Below, one piece after another: positions 46,748 to 56,151 of a stretch of 64,000 nucleotides of DNA (its first letter is position 1; each line of letters begins with the position of its first letter). The position numbers and the translations under genes are program-made. This DNA is from a virus. The stretch spans positions 30,009 to 94,008 of the IMG/VR virus record IMGVR_UViG_3300009151_000044. One strand, given 5' to 3'. The notes below the pieces were generated by a model, which had not been told where the DNA came from, ran no database searches, and was given only the letters and a program-made list of their open reading frames with translations.

Positions 46748-48998
46748 TTTCCAACATGCTGCCTGTAGTAAGCAACGGCACCTTGACTACTTTTGGTTTA
46801 GCAACTAGTAAGATCTTATCGTTCTCAATAGTAATAGTTAACCAACCGCCACCTTTTAATTCGCCAAACAACATCATACGAGCAAGGTCACGTTTAATTT
46901 CCTTATCAATAACACGTTGTAGTGGACGAGCACCCATCTTAGCATCAAACCCTTTGTCGATCAGCCAGTTAACAGCTTCCTTATCAATTTTAATACGAAT
47001 AGCTTTATCTTTAACTTGATCTTTCAAAGCGTCAATAAACTTCATAACTACTTTAGTCATTGTTTCTTTGCCTAACTTATTAAAGGTAATGACACCGTCT
47101 AATCGATTTCGGAATTCAGGAGTAAAGAATTTCTTTAAGTCTTTATCACTATAGTCTTTTTCTTGAGTGCCAAAGCCAATAACATTCTTTTCAGCATCTT
47201 GTGAGCCAGCATTTGTAGTAAGAATAAGAATTAAGTTACGGCAATCGGCTTGCTTGCCATTTGATCCTGTGATAAAGCCATTATCCATCATTTGTAACAG
47301 TACGGTACTTACGTCCGGGTGTGACTTTTCAACTTCGTCAAACAATAACACAGCATTTGGATTCTCTTGAATCTGCGTGATCAATAGTCCGGCGTTTTCT
47401 TCAAAGCCAACATAGCCCGGTGGACTGCCGATAAGTTTACTGATGCTATGCTTCTCTTGATATTCACTCATGTCAAATCGTAGTAGCTTAACGCCCAAGT
47501 GCTTACTCAGCGCCTTGGCAGTTTCGGTCTTACCGCAACCTGTAGGCCCCATGAACACAAATGACCCGATAGGTTTATTATCTGATTTTAAGCCTGCCTG
47601 TGCTACAACAATCTTATCAACTACTTCAGTTAGGGCAAGATCTTGACCGTATACTTCTTCACCGAGCTTATCTTGTAGTGTTGCAAGTGTTTGGCTTTCA
47701 GTTTCCATAACTTGTTCTTCGGGCAAGTTAATAATCTTGCTTAACTCATGTTGGATTTCACGTTCGGTAACATTACGATCGTCTGCTAATTTTAAATTAA
47801 AACGTGAACACGCTAAGTCGATCAAATCAATTGCTTTATCTGGAAGCTTCTTATCTGTTTGATACTTAACGGATAGTTTGATTGCCGCTTGTAACGCATC
47901 GTCTTTAATCTTAACTTTATGGAATTCTTCGTAGTATTTCTTAATGCCTTTAAGAATTTGTAAAGTTACTTCCTGTGTAGGCTCGTCAACAGTAATGCGT
48001 TGGAAACGACGCATGAGCGCACGGTCCTTTTCAAAGTGTTTGCGATACTCTTCCCAGGTAGTCGATGCCACAACTTTAATGTTGCCTTTGCTTAGAGCCG
48101 GTTTCATCATGTTAGCGAGATCGTTAGCACTATTACCTGCGGATCCTGCGCCAGAGATCATGTGTGCCTCGTCGATGAACAGCACCGTCTTACCTTTCTT
48201 AGTAAGGGCTTTCAGCACTTGTTTGAAACGCTCTTCAAAATCGCCTCGATACTTACTGCCTGCTAGCATAGCACTAATATCTAGATTATAAACTGTATAG
48301 TCTTTTAGGAAATCAGGAACAGCACCCTTAACGATATTAAACGCAAGACCTTCTGCTATGGCAGTTTTTCCTACGCCGGGATCTCCAACTAAGATTACAT
48401 TGTTTTTACTACGTCGCCCCATTGCTAAGGCAATATTTTCTAATTCGTCGATTCGACCAATGACCGGGTCAATCTTATTTTTCTTAACAGCATCGTTTAA
48501 GTTTGTAGTAAATGATGATAATGCCCTGCTACTAGAGTTATCTTGTTCTTCTACTTCTTCTTGCTCAACCGAATTGTTAATATAGTCGGCAAATTTATCT
48601 TTATCAATATTTGCTTGAGCAATATAAAAGTGCGCCCAACTACGTTTTTCACCAACCATAGCAAGGAATACATCAGTGGGCTCAATGCGTTGACGACCGT
48701 TGAATAACACTTGTGTAAAAGCACGGTTAAGCACACGCTCAACTGATTGTGTTTTCTTTGGCTTGACTACTACATCCTGAACAGTAATTTCGGCACATTT
48801 ATGCTGAAGATACTCACCAAGATTCTTTCTCAGATGCTCGGCATCGGCACCGTATCCTTGAATAGTGTTAGTAAACGACTCCTCTAATAACATAGCAAAC
48901 AATAGATGCTCTATAGTTAGATATTCGTGGTGTAATTTTTTAGCAGTATCAATTGCTTTTTCAAATACTACTTGTAAATTGTCGCTTGGTTCAACCAT
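46737..48998 (-). CDS. clpA: ATP-dependent Clp protease ATP-binding subunit
   Basis: Clp N-domain; two AAA modules (GDPGVGKT, GPTGCGKT); SKLIGSPPGYVG; IGF loop (VIGF); no ClpB M-domain. Confidence 0.92.
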   Translation of the reverse strand: MVEPSDNLQVVFEKAIDTAKKLHHEYLTIEHLLFAMLLEESFTNTIQGYGADAEHLRKNLGEYLQHKCAEITVQDVVVKPKKTQSVERVLNRAFTQVLFNGRQRIEPTDVFLAMVGEKRSWAHFYIAQANIDKDKFADYINNSVEQEEVEEQDNSSSRALSSFTTNLNDAVKKNKIDPVIGRIDELENIALAMGRRSKNNVILVGDPGVGKTAIAEGLAFNIVKGAVPDFLKDYTVYNLDISAMLAGSKYRGDFEERFKQVLKALTKKGKTVLFIDEAHMISGAGSAGNSANDLANMMKPALSKGNIKVVASTTWEEYRKHFEKDRALMRRFQRITVDEPTQEVTLQILKGIKKYYEEFHKVKIKDDALQAAIKLSVKYQTDKKLPDKAIDLIDLACSRFNLKLADDRNVTEREIQHELSKIINLPEEQVMETESQTLATLQDKLGEEVYGQDLALTEVVDKIVVAQAGLKSDNKPIGSFVFMGPTGCGKTETAKALSKHLGVKLLRFDMSEYQEKHSISKLIGSPPGYVGFEENAGLLITQIQENPNAVLLFDEVEKSHPDVSTVLLQMMDNGFITGSNGKQADCRNLILILTTNAGSQDAEKNVIGFGTQEKDYSDKDLKKFFTPEFRNRLDGVITFNKLGKETMTKVVMKFIDALKDQVKDKAIRIKIDKEAVNWLIDKGFDAKMGARPLQRVIDKEIKRDLARMMLFGELKGGGWLTITIENDKILLVAKPKVVKVPLLTTGSMLENAN

Positions 48999-49479
48999 TT
49001 AATTTCCTTTGTTTTTTCCGTGCCATTTGTAATTTTAAATCACTTACATATTCTGTAAATGTAATTCCATCTAAATGATCCAATTCGTGTTGGAAACATC
49101 TAGAGTCAACGCCATCAAGTTCTATTATACATTGTTTGCCTGTGTTGTCAAGATAAGCGGCAGTAATTTTATTATGTCTTTTAACTTTAAGCCATAAATT
49201 AGGAAAACTTAAACATCCTTCTTGATCATCTTTTAGATCGTTGTCGCCGACCATAATCCATGGATTAAAACAACCGATTTCTCGACCGTCTACTAGTTTC
49301 ATAACAAACACTCTGCGCAATAGTCCGACTTGATTACCAGCTAGCCCAATACCTCGATTAGCCTTCATTATTACTAACATGTCTTGTTCAACGACTGCAG
49401 CATTAATATGATTTTTAAAATCCCAACTTTCAGATTTTTGTTTAAGTATGGGATCAGGCTCGTGAATTAATTTCATCAT
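48991..49479 (-). CDS. def: Peptide deformylase
   Basis: GIGLAGNQVG, EGCLSFP, QHELDHLDG. Confidence 0.95.
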   Translation of the reverse strand: MMKLIHEPDPILKQKSESWDFKNHINAAVVEQDMLVIMKANRGIGLAGNQVGLLRRVFVMKLVDGREIGCFNPWIMVGDNDLKDDQEGCLSFPNLWLKVKRHNKITAAYLDNTGKQCIIELDGVDSRCFQHELDHLDGITFTEYVSDLKLQMARKKQRKLNG

Positions 49480-50305
49480 TGAGTTGCTTCAACCTTGTTA
49501 CTAAATCTGGATCAGTCACTGCTGGTGCCTTAATATTTACTACAATTACAAATCTTCCTTTATATCCGGAATGGGGATTAGTAAATCCTTGTCCTGCGCT
49601 GGCAAATTCTGCTCCAACATTTATTCCAGGTCGTAGGTCAATTGGCATAGTATTTCCAGTAATTGACGTAGCAACTTTTTGACATCCTACCATTGCTTCG
49701 ATTGGTGTAATGTCTATGCTTGTATATAGGTCATCACCTCGGCGCTCAAATTTGCCAGACGGGTCACCTAACACAATAATAGTTACGTTTAAATGGCCAC
49801 GGGGAGTATTAGGAAAACTATCGTCACCTAATCCTTGGTATCTAATAGTTTCGCCATGGTGAATGCCAGGCGGCACATTAATGACTACAGTTTGAGGTTT
49901 ACCGCTAGGTAGTCTATAGTTAGCTTCTAACTGTTTGCCTAAGTAAGAATCTAGCAAGCTGATTTGGCACTGAATATTTAAATCTCTATTTCGACGTTGA
50001 TTTCCACCTCGCATATGACCAAATATATCACCGAACGGATTGCCGCCCTGACCAAACATATCACCGAACGGATCTCCTGATGTAAATCGCACTTGCGGTC
50101 CACCGCCGTACATACGTTGTTGATCGTATTCAGCTTTCTTCTGAGCGTTGCTTAAGATATCATAGGCAACACTGATATCTTTGAATCGGGCTTGGTCACC
50201 ACCTTTGTCTGGATGATGTTTGTTAGCCAAGGTTCGATATGCTTTTTTAATTTCGTCTGGGCTAGCATTTTCGCCAACACCTAGTGTTTGGTAATAATCT
50301 GTCAT
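49454..50305 (-). CDS. DnaJ-class (type II/CbpA-like) co-chaperone
   Basis: J domain with HPD, G/F-rich linker, C-terminal domain, no Zn finger. Confidence 0.9.
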   Translation of the reverse strand: MTDYYQTLGVGENASPDEIKKAYRTLANKHHPDKGGDQARFKDISVAYDILSNAQKKAEYDQQRMYGGGPQVRFTSGDPFGDMFGQGGNPFGDIFGHMRGGNQRRNRDLNIQCQISLLDSYLGKQLEANYRLPSGKPQTVVINVPPGIHHGETIRYQGLGDDSFPNTPRGHLNVTIIVLGDPSGKFERRGDDLYTSIDITPIEAMVGCQKVATSITGNTMPIDLRPGINVGAEFASAGQGFTNPHSGYKGRFVIVVNIKAPAVTDPDLVTRLKQLNDEINSRA

Positions 50306-50311
50306 AGTCGT

Positions 50312-50365
50312 AAAAAAGGCTCCATTGATAGTACTAATTATACTATCTTAAACGGAGCCTGTCAA
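50312..50365 (-). promoter_or_regulatory. Consensus sigma70 promoter nested in a terminator-like hairpin
   Basis: TTGACA-ggctccgtttaagatag-TATAAT; arms AGGCTCC/GGAGCCT and GATAGTA/TACTATC followed by a T-run. Confidence 0.8.
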
Positions 50366-50374
50366 GAGTTTGGC

Positions 50375-50563
50375 TTATTTCTTCTTAGCCGGTGCTTTTG
50401 GTTTTGCCGGTGCGTTTTCAGGAACTTTTTCGCCTTCGAATTTCTTATGCTTTTTAACTGCTTTCTTTTCGGCTATTGGCTTCTTAGCTGGTTCTTTTTT
50501 ATCAGCGGCAATTGCTGTTGTGGCTAACACTGCCGTAATTAATAATGCTAGTAGGTGTTTCAT
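50375..50563 (-). CDS. Small secreted Lys/Ala/Pro-rich protein
   Basis: Signal peptide MKHLLALLITAVLATTAIA followed by a highly basic tail. Confidence 0.65.
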   Translation of the reverse strand: MKHLLALLITAVLATTAIAADKKEPAKKPIAEKKAVKKHKKFEGEKVPENAPAKPKAPAKKK

Positions 50564-50574
50564 AATATTTTTCC

Positions 50575-51165
50575 TTATAGTGCTGGTTGGTCAGCTTGTG
50601 GCACAACTTTACCAAACTTGCTTGCGGCTGGAGCTGGTGAATTAAAACTGCTGGTTGAGCCGAAGCTTCCTGCCGCAGGTGCGCTAGGTGCTGTAAACCC
50701 GCTTGATGGTACGTTGGTTGTTGCATTTCCAAATGCTCCGGGGCTTGCAAAGGCTGTATTAGTGTTGCTACTGGCAAAGGTATTATTAGTACCAAAGCTG
50801 GTTGGTGCCTGGTTAGTGTTGTTTACATTAATCATTCCTTGACTGTTTGGTGGCATGTAAGTTGTGCCTGCGCCCTGGCCAAAACTACCTAGACCACCCT
50901 GCTCTGCTCCAGCAATTTTTTCTTGTGTGCGACCATACGCGGCAATACCCAACACAGCACCCATGGCCAAGTGGAACAGTCCAGCGCCTTGTAGTGTTAG
51001 TGGTTGCCACTGGCTACTGATCTGTCCGTGATTGAGGGCTTGATGTATGCTCCATAATACTGGAAACAACATGAAGTCGCAGGCGCATACCGCCATGTAC
51101 AACCACCCCATAGCTGGTCGCCATCGTTTGGCCATCCAATCTTCTTTTTGTACTGCTTCTGACAT
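50575..51165 (-). CDS. Holin (GTA 3TM-holin-like) with low-complexity tail
   Basis: WRPAMGW..D....P; LGIAAYGRTQEK; lies in the lysis cassette. Confidence 0.7.
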   Translation of the reverse strand: MSEAVQKEDWMAKRWRPAMGWLYMAVCACDFMLFPVLWSIHQALNHGQISSQWQPLTLQGAGLFHLAMGAVLGIAAYGRTQEKIAGAEQGGLGSFGQGAGTTYMPPNSQGMINVNNTNQAPTSFGTNNTFASSNTNTAFASPGAFGNATTNVPSSGFTAPSAPAAGSFGSTSSFNSPAPAASKFGKVVPQADQPAL

Positions 51166-51196
51166 AGTGTTCGCTCCTTTGTCGTTATATGTTTAT

Positions 51197-51466
51197 TTAC
51201 TTTACTTGTTCAAATATCTTCTTTTGGCTAGTGTACCATTCAATCCACGCATTATATTTTTCTCTAAGCTCATAATATTTGCCAGCATTTTCGTTAGCAT
51301 TTTCTATAATATCACTTAGTTGAATTTTTTTATTTGTGTCCAGTAGTGTCAGCTTGCCCGCAGGTTCTACTAGCGCAGCCGGAACATCTGGAAATTTAAC
51401 AGCTACCGGAACAGTAGTACAACCAGTAATCAACGCAACAAGGAAAATTACTAAAAACTTTTTCAT
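51197..51466 (-). CDS. Outer-membrane spanin (Rz1-like lipoprotein)
   Basis: Lipobox LITGC, Pro-rich; follows the Rz-like gene. Confidence 0.7.
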   Translation of the reverse strand: MKKFLVIFLVALITGCTTVPVAVKFPDVPAALVEPAGKLTLLDTNKKIQLSDIIENANENAGKYYELREKYNAWIEWYTSQKKIFEQVK

Positions 51467-51927
51467 TTTTTCACCTCAGTTGGATCAGCTACAGCTTTAT
51501 TATAGTCAATAATGGCAATTTCTGGAACCTTACATTCAGCATTAATTGCTTCTTTATCTTTTTCAATGATTGTTTTAACAACCTCAACTTTTTTCTCAAC
51601 TATCTTAACTCGTTCAACGATCTTAGTTTCAATAACTGTATTAACTTGTTTACTTTGTGCTTCTGCTACAGCTACTTTATCTTGCATTTCTTTAATTCGA
51701 GCACGGGTATCAGTGCCAGCGTTAAAACTACCTAGTAAGTAGGCAGTAGACACTAGTACAACTACCCCACCAATTTCCGCCGGCAGTTTGTACTGACCCA
51801 TAAAAGGAATTAAGTTAACTAACTTACTACCAATATATAAGGCAAGACCAACTATAGTAAACAAATAGTAGATCCAAACAACAAAGCTATCCGGTACTAA
51901 ACTAAACATCCACTGAAATTGTCCCAT
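51463..51927 (-). CDS. Inner-membrane spanin (Rz-like)
   Basis: N-terminal TM segments, coiled coil, C-terminal Cys; between endolysin and lipoprotein. Confidence 0.65.
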   Translation of the reverse strand: MGQFQWMFSLVPDSFVVWIYYLFTIVGLALYIGSKLVNLIPFMGQYKLPAEIGGVVVLVSTAYLLGSFNAGTDTRARIKEMQDKVAVAEAQSKQVNTVIETKIVERVKIVEKKVEVVKTIIEKDKEAINAECKVPEIAIIDYNKAVADPTEVKK

Positions 51928-51933
51928 GACCGA

Positions 51934-52569
51934 TTATCCTTGAAGAACTTGAATTGCGTGTTGGTAATGATTTTGACGATCTTCTAATCCCAATGTACCA
52001 CCGTTGATACGCTTGGTCATTGTAAGGATGTCGCCGTTATCTGCGTACTGATTTAATCCGTTTGTTTCCCAAAACCAGCAACCTGATTGGATAGCACCTT
52101 CAAATGTTCCAAGGAATTCAGGAAGGTCTTCGACTGGTGTTTCAATACTTTCGGCAAACTTAGTATAGTTTTGCTTGCCAGTTAACTGAATAAGTCCACG
52201 TCCGCAGTAACGGAATCCGTCACCAGATGCTTCGTCACCATTACCCATGCGTCCACCGTACGCACGGTTAGCAATAGCTTCTTGATTGTGGGCATACTGA
52301 TTGGCAATTTCCATATTAGGAAATAGTCTTGGCCACACTTTACATAATGTTTCAGCACGATAGTTTAAATTTTCTTTTAGTGCTGTATATCCGCCCGATT
52401 CGTGTGCTGTTTGTGCTAGGAAAGCTGCAACACGTGGCACTGTGTTAATGTCGTAATCAGGAAGAATTTTACATAGTGCTTCATGCCAGTGTTCGACATA
52501 AGGGTTATTAGGTAAAATTGCCGCTAACTTTTGTACTGTAAAATCAAAATCAAATCCGTCTGCCATCAT
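51934..52569 (-). CDS. GH19 endolysin
   Basis: FLAQTAHESG, ENLNY, GRGLIQLTGKQNY, WFW, TKRINGG..GLEDR. Confidence 0.92.
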   Translation of the reverse strand: MMADGFDFDFTVQKLAAILPNNPYVEHWHEALCKILPDYDINTVPRVAAFLAQTAHESGGYTALKENLNYRAETLCKVWPRLFPNMEIANQYAHNQEAIANRAYGGRMGNGDEASGDGFRYCGRGLIQLTGKQNYTKFAESIETPVEDLPEFLGTFEGAIQSGCWFWETNGLNQYADNGDILTMTKRINGGTLGLEDRQNHYQHAIQVLQG

Positions 52570-53303
52570 AGTTTCCTTTTAAGTGCTACGGCCCAGCCGC
52601 TGTTTTCAAATATAAATGTATCACCAATTTTGGTAATATTGTAAGGGCCGATATATTTGGACAAAAACATGACTTCGGCCATGCTTGAACTTTCCAACAT
52701 AATAGGACCTTTTACTGCTGTATAAACTTCTTGTCGTGTACCGCTGGTAACGATATTAAATTTTACTAAATCTCCGTAGCTTTTTTTAAAGCTGATTGAT
52801 TCATCGAGTAAATGTATTTCTTCAGCATAACTATTTTTAAAAAAGTTACTAAAGTTTTCTAACATGTTTTCTTCAGTAGCAATGTTATAAGACTGTGCGT
52901 CAGTCGGTACAGCTATTCCTAAGTTTTCTAGGGTCGCTTCTTGACTTTTAAAACTTTTAAAATATCTAAATCGCATGTTTGGTTCGTCACACAATTTCTT
53001 AACACCGTCTAAAATTGTGTTAATTTGACTAGCAACATGTTTAGTACGTTCTAGCTCGACAAATACTCGATATTTGCCATCATCCATTTCACCGGGAGTA
53101 ATATCTGCGTCAAGCACAAAGTCGTACCCCATTTCGATAAAGTTTTCAAGGTCTTTGGCAGGATCTTCACTATCAACAGTAAATGCTAATACAACAATAT
53201 CTTCGTCGTCGCCAATTTTACTTTTATAAGAATCAATCTCAAAGACCTTTTTAACAAAGTATCTTAGGTCAGTGGCACGTAAACTTTCTGTAATATGTTT
53301 CAT
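52566..53303 (-). CDS. Hypothetical protein (possibly head-associated)
   Basis: MKHITE|SL start; IDSYKSKIG..PAKDLENFIE. Confidence 0.55.
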   Translation of the reverse strand: MKHITESLRATDLRYFVKKVFEIDSYKSKIGDDEDIVVLAFTVDSEDPAKDLENFIEMGYDFVLDADITPGEMDDGKYRVFVELERTKHVASQINTILDGVKKLCDEPNMRFRYFKSFKSQEATLENLGIAVPTDAQSYNIATEENMLENFSNFFKNSYAEEIHLLDESISFKKSYGDLVKFNIVTSGTRQEVYTAVKGPIMLESSSMAEVMFLSKYIGPYNITKIGDTFIFENSGWAVALKRKL

Positions 53304-53305
53304 AA

Positions 53306-53881
53306 TTATACCGGTGGAGCCGCTGGTGCGCCTGCTGGTGCTGGCATACCGCCTGGAGCAGGTGCTGCACCGCCTGGAGCCATAGGAGCAGGTGCTCCGC
53401 CTGGCGCAGGTGTCCCGGCTGTGGGCGCAGTAGCTTCTTGATCTTGATTTTCGTTTTTCATCTTATCCATGTAGCCTTTGTAGATATCAAATGCTACTTT
53501 CTTTGGCATTTGGATTTCAACAACCCAAATAGGCTTATGATCTAATTTACCTTTTTTAGTACCTGGACGGATGTCATCTGGTGTTCGTATTTTTCTAGGC
53601 TCGATCAAATGACTCTTTTCATAAGATACTTTACATCCCAGGTCTAACAATCTTTTTGCGCCATCTGGATCAGGCATCTTATTCTTTGGCCACATAAAGC
53701 TAGCAGTTATCCAATGACGGTCTACGACTGGACCCGATGCTAGTTCACCATCTTCCCAATTGTCGTATACATACAGATCCATTTCGTCAAGCACACGCTC
53801 GAAGTCTTTTAACACACTAATGCTAGTGTTGTTTTCGTATAGATCGTCTATGTTGCGGATTACGTCTAAAATATCATGCAT
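53306..53881 (-). CDS. Hypothetical protein with Pro/Ala/Gly tail
   Basis: DFERVLDEMDLYVYDNW..MPDPDG; GCTAAATA upstream. Confidence 0.6.
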   Translation of the reverse strand: MHDILDVIRNIDDLYENNTSISVLKDFERVLDEMDLYVYDNWEDGELASGPVVDRHWITASFMWPKNKMPDPDGAKRLLDLGCKVSYEKSHLIEPRKIRTPDDIRPGTKKGKLDHKPIWVVEIQMPKKVAFDIYKGYMDKMKNENQDQEATAPTAGTPAPGGAPAPMAPGGAAPAPGGMPAPAGAPAAPPV

Positions 53882-54045
53882 GAGAGTTCCTAGAATTCAT
53901 TATACTTATTTAGCTGGTTTGAAACGATAACATAACAGTTTATTATTCTGTGTATTCGTTAAATAATAGTGTAGGACCTCTGTAGTTATCGAGGCGGTCG
54001 CTACAAGTCCTACTTTTACATTACATTAAAGTAGGAGCAACTTAG

Positions 54046-54762
54046 ATGACAAAAAGAGTGAAAAAACGCTTTACATCAGAAGTTAAAGTCATTGACTTTC
54101 AACCATACCTTCCTCAAAAGAAGCAACGTGTTAGCCTTCAGGCGCGAAATGCCAACCAGAAGATTTACATACAAAAACTCCAAGACGAACAAAAAAGTAT
54201 TATATTTGCCATCGGGCCAGCCGGCACAGGCAAAACAATGCTGGCAGTTCAACATGGAATTAAATTGTTTCAAGAAGGTATAGTAGATAAGATCATTGTG
54301 ACTAGACCCGCCGTTTCCGTAGATGAAGATTTGGGATTTTTACCTGGTACGCTAAATGAAAAAATGGCCCCGTGGACAAGACCAATATTTGACGTACTTG
54401 GAGAATATTATAAACAAACAGACATAGCTAAAATGCTAGAGGATGGAACTATTGAAATTAGCCCGCTCGCTTATATGCGAGGACGTACATTTAAAAATGC
54501 CTACATTATCGCTGACGAATGTCAGAATACAACAGCTAATCAAATGAAGATGCTACTTACACGCTTAGGTGAAGGATCTAAGATGGTAGTAACAGGAGAT
54601 TTAGCCCAGGCAGATCGTATGAACGATAATGGACTAATAGAATTTTGTAATTTATTATCGAAGAAACCCGGACTTAAACACATTGACATAGTCCAGTTCG
54701 ATCATAAAGATATTGAAAGACACGATGCCGTTAAGGAGGTGTTGTCAATATACGGTGATTAA
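54046..54762 (+). CDS. phoH: PhoH family ATPase
   Basis: GPAGTGKT, LGFLPG, AYMRGRTF, DECQN, LTRLGE, TGD..Q.D. Confidence 0.95.
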   Translation: MTKRVKKRFTSEVKVIDFQPYLPQKKQRVSLQARNANQKIYIQKLQDEQKSIIFAIGPAGTGKTMLAVQHGIKLFQEGIVDKIIVTRPAVSVDEDLGFLPGTLNEKMAPWTRPIFDVLGEYYKQTDIAKMLEDGTIEISPLAYMRGRTFKNAYIIADECQNTTANQMKMLLTRLGEGSKMVVTGDLAQADRMNDNGLIEFCNLLSKKPGLKHIDIVQFDHKDIERHDAVKEVLSIYGD

Positions 54763-54785
54763 AAAAGGGCCTTCGGGCCCTTTTT
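54762..54785. terminator. Bidirectional intrinsic terminator
   Basis: AAAAAGGGCC-TTCG-GGCCCTTTTT between convergent phoH and clamp-loader genes. Confidence 0.9.
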
Positions 54786-54787
54786 GT

Positions 54788-55702
54788 TTACAAATGACTT
54801 AATCTTATCAGTGTTGCAGCTAGATTGATTTCAGCATCGCTAACTAGCGCATGATCTGCTAATCCTGCTTTAATAATAAGGATCGCTTTATCCTGAGTAG
54901 GTTCATCACCGAAGATAGTAATATTATCATACAACCAACGATAAATTTCTTCCATTTCTTCTGGACGAGCTTGTGAACATACTAGCTTACGTGCTTCACT
55001 AATCTTACCAGCTTTGAACAACGCAACCATTTCAAGTTTATAATCAGCCTGACCACTGTCACCTTTTTCTGGACTGTGTAATTTGCCATCTAAACTGTTC
55101 ATTTGAACAGTATTGATACATTTACGTAGATCAGGGTATGTAGCTTTAACAAACGTATCAAGTGTGTCTAATTCAAAATCAATTTGTTCTGTAATCAAAA
55201 TCTCAGCCATTCGAGCAGTAAATTCTGTAATGTCTACTCGTTCAATATGAAAGCCCTGGCAACGACTATGTAACGCAGGTATAATCCTGTTAGGATAGTT
55301 ACAAGTAAGAATAAATCTAGCAGTAGTATGGTATTCTTCCATCACTCCACGAAGTGCCGCTTGAGCGTTGGGTGACAAATAATCAGCTTCGTCTAGTAGT
55401 ACTACCTTAAAGTCCCCAAACGGAATCATCTGTACAAAGTTAACAATCTTGTCACGTACATCTTCAACGGAGTTAGTACGGCTTGCGTTAATTTCTAAAA
55501 TATCGTATTCATTTAGATCAAGTTCATTAAACAAGATTTTAGCTAGAGTAGTTTTACCAATACCTGCGTTACCACTAAACAACAAATGCGGAATTGATTT
55601 TTGTTTAATCCATCCTTGTACTTGTTCCTTCTGATGATTATCTCTAAACACATACCCGTCTATAGTTGACGGTCTATATTTTTCAACCCATAGTTCTTTC
55701 AT
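54788..55702 (-). CDS. Clamp loader ATPase subunit (gp44/RFC-like)
   Basis: LWVEKYRP, GNAGIGKT, EINAS, LDEAD, ALHSRC. Confidence 0.93.
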   Translation of the reverse strand: MKELWVEKYRPSTIDGYVFRDNHQKEQVQGWIKQKSIPHLLFSGNAGIGKTTLAKILFNELDLNEYDILEINASRTNSVEDVRDKIVNFVQMIPFGDFKVVLLDEADYLSPNAQAALRGVMEEYHTTARFILTCNYPNRIIPALHSRCQGFHIERVDITEFTARMAEILITEQIDFELDTLDTFVKATYPDLRKCINTVQMNSLDGKLHSPEKGDSGQADYKLEMVALFKAGKISEARKLVCSQARPEEMEEIYRWLYDNITIFGDEPTQDKAILIIKAGLADHALVSDAEINLAATLIRLSHL

Positions 55703-55905
55703 TTTTTATCCCTTTCTAATTCTTCTCTTGTTACAAAGTGCGGAGGAGGATTAAAATTCCAACTATCCGCTGTAAAAATACGTACTGGTTTCCAGTATTT
55801 GTGTAAAATATTGTTAACGGCTACAACTCCTATAACAACTACAACAAATCCTAGCATTGTTAAAATACTGCCGCCGAGCCACACAGCCGCTTGATCCATA
55901 TCCAT
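55699..55905 (-). CDS. Small membrane protein
   Basis: One TM helix; NNILHKYWKPV. Confidence 0.5.
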   Translation of the reverse strand: MDMDQAAVWLGGSILTMLGFVVVVIGVVAVNNILHKYWKPVRIFTADSWNFNPPPHFVTREELERDKK

Positions 55906-55906
55906 A

Positions 55907-56077
55907 TTATACTACTTCCTCAACAATTCCTAAAAATTCTGCTAAGATTAATAATAGTCCAGCAAAAAATAAATCGCCCTGGATTAAACATCCGCCGGCG
56001 CCAATGCGTAATATACTCTTTACAAGGCTAACATAAAAATGTCCCCGGCTTGTGTCTTTAGGTTGAATTTCAATCAT
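55907..56077 (-). CDS. Small membrane protein (56 aa, not in ORF track)
   Basis: MIEIQPKDTSRGHFYVSLVKSILRIGAGGCL..LAEFLGIVEEVV; AAGGAG RBS and promoter upstream. Confidence 0.6.
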   Translation of the reverse strand: MIEIQPKDTSRGHFYVSLVKSILRIGAGGCLIQGDLFFAGLLLILAEFLGIVEEVV

Positions 56078-56085
56078 ATGTACTC

Positions 56086-56133
56086 CTTACCTGTATTATA
56101 CAGGTAAGAACAGGGCTAGTCAATAGCCCTGTT
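56086..56133 (-). promoter_or_regulatory. sigma70 promoter with -35 and -10 centred on two adjacent hairpins
   Basis: TTGACT-17 nt-TATAAT; AACAGGGCTA-GTCAA-TAGCCCTGTT and CTTACCTGTA-TTA-TACAGGTAAG. Confidence 0.8.
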
Positions 56134-56151
56134 ACTCAAAGTAATTACGAT

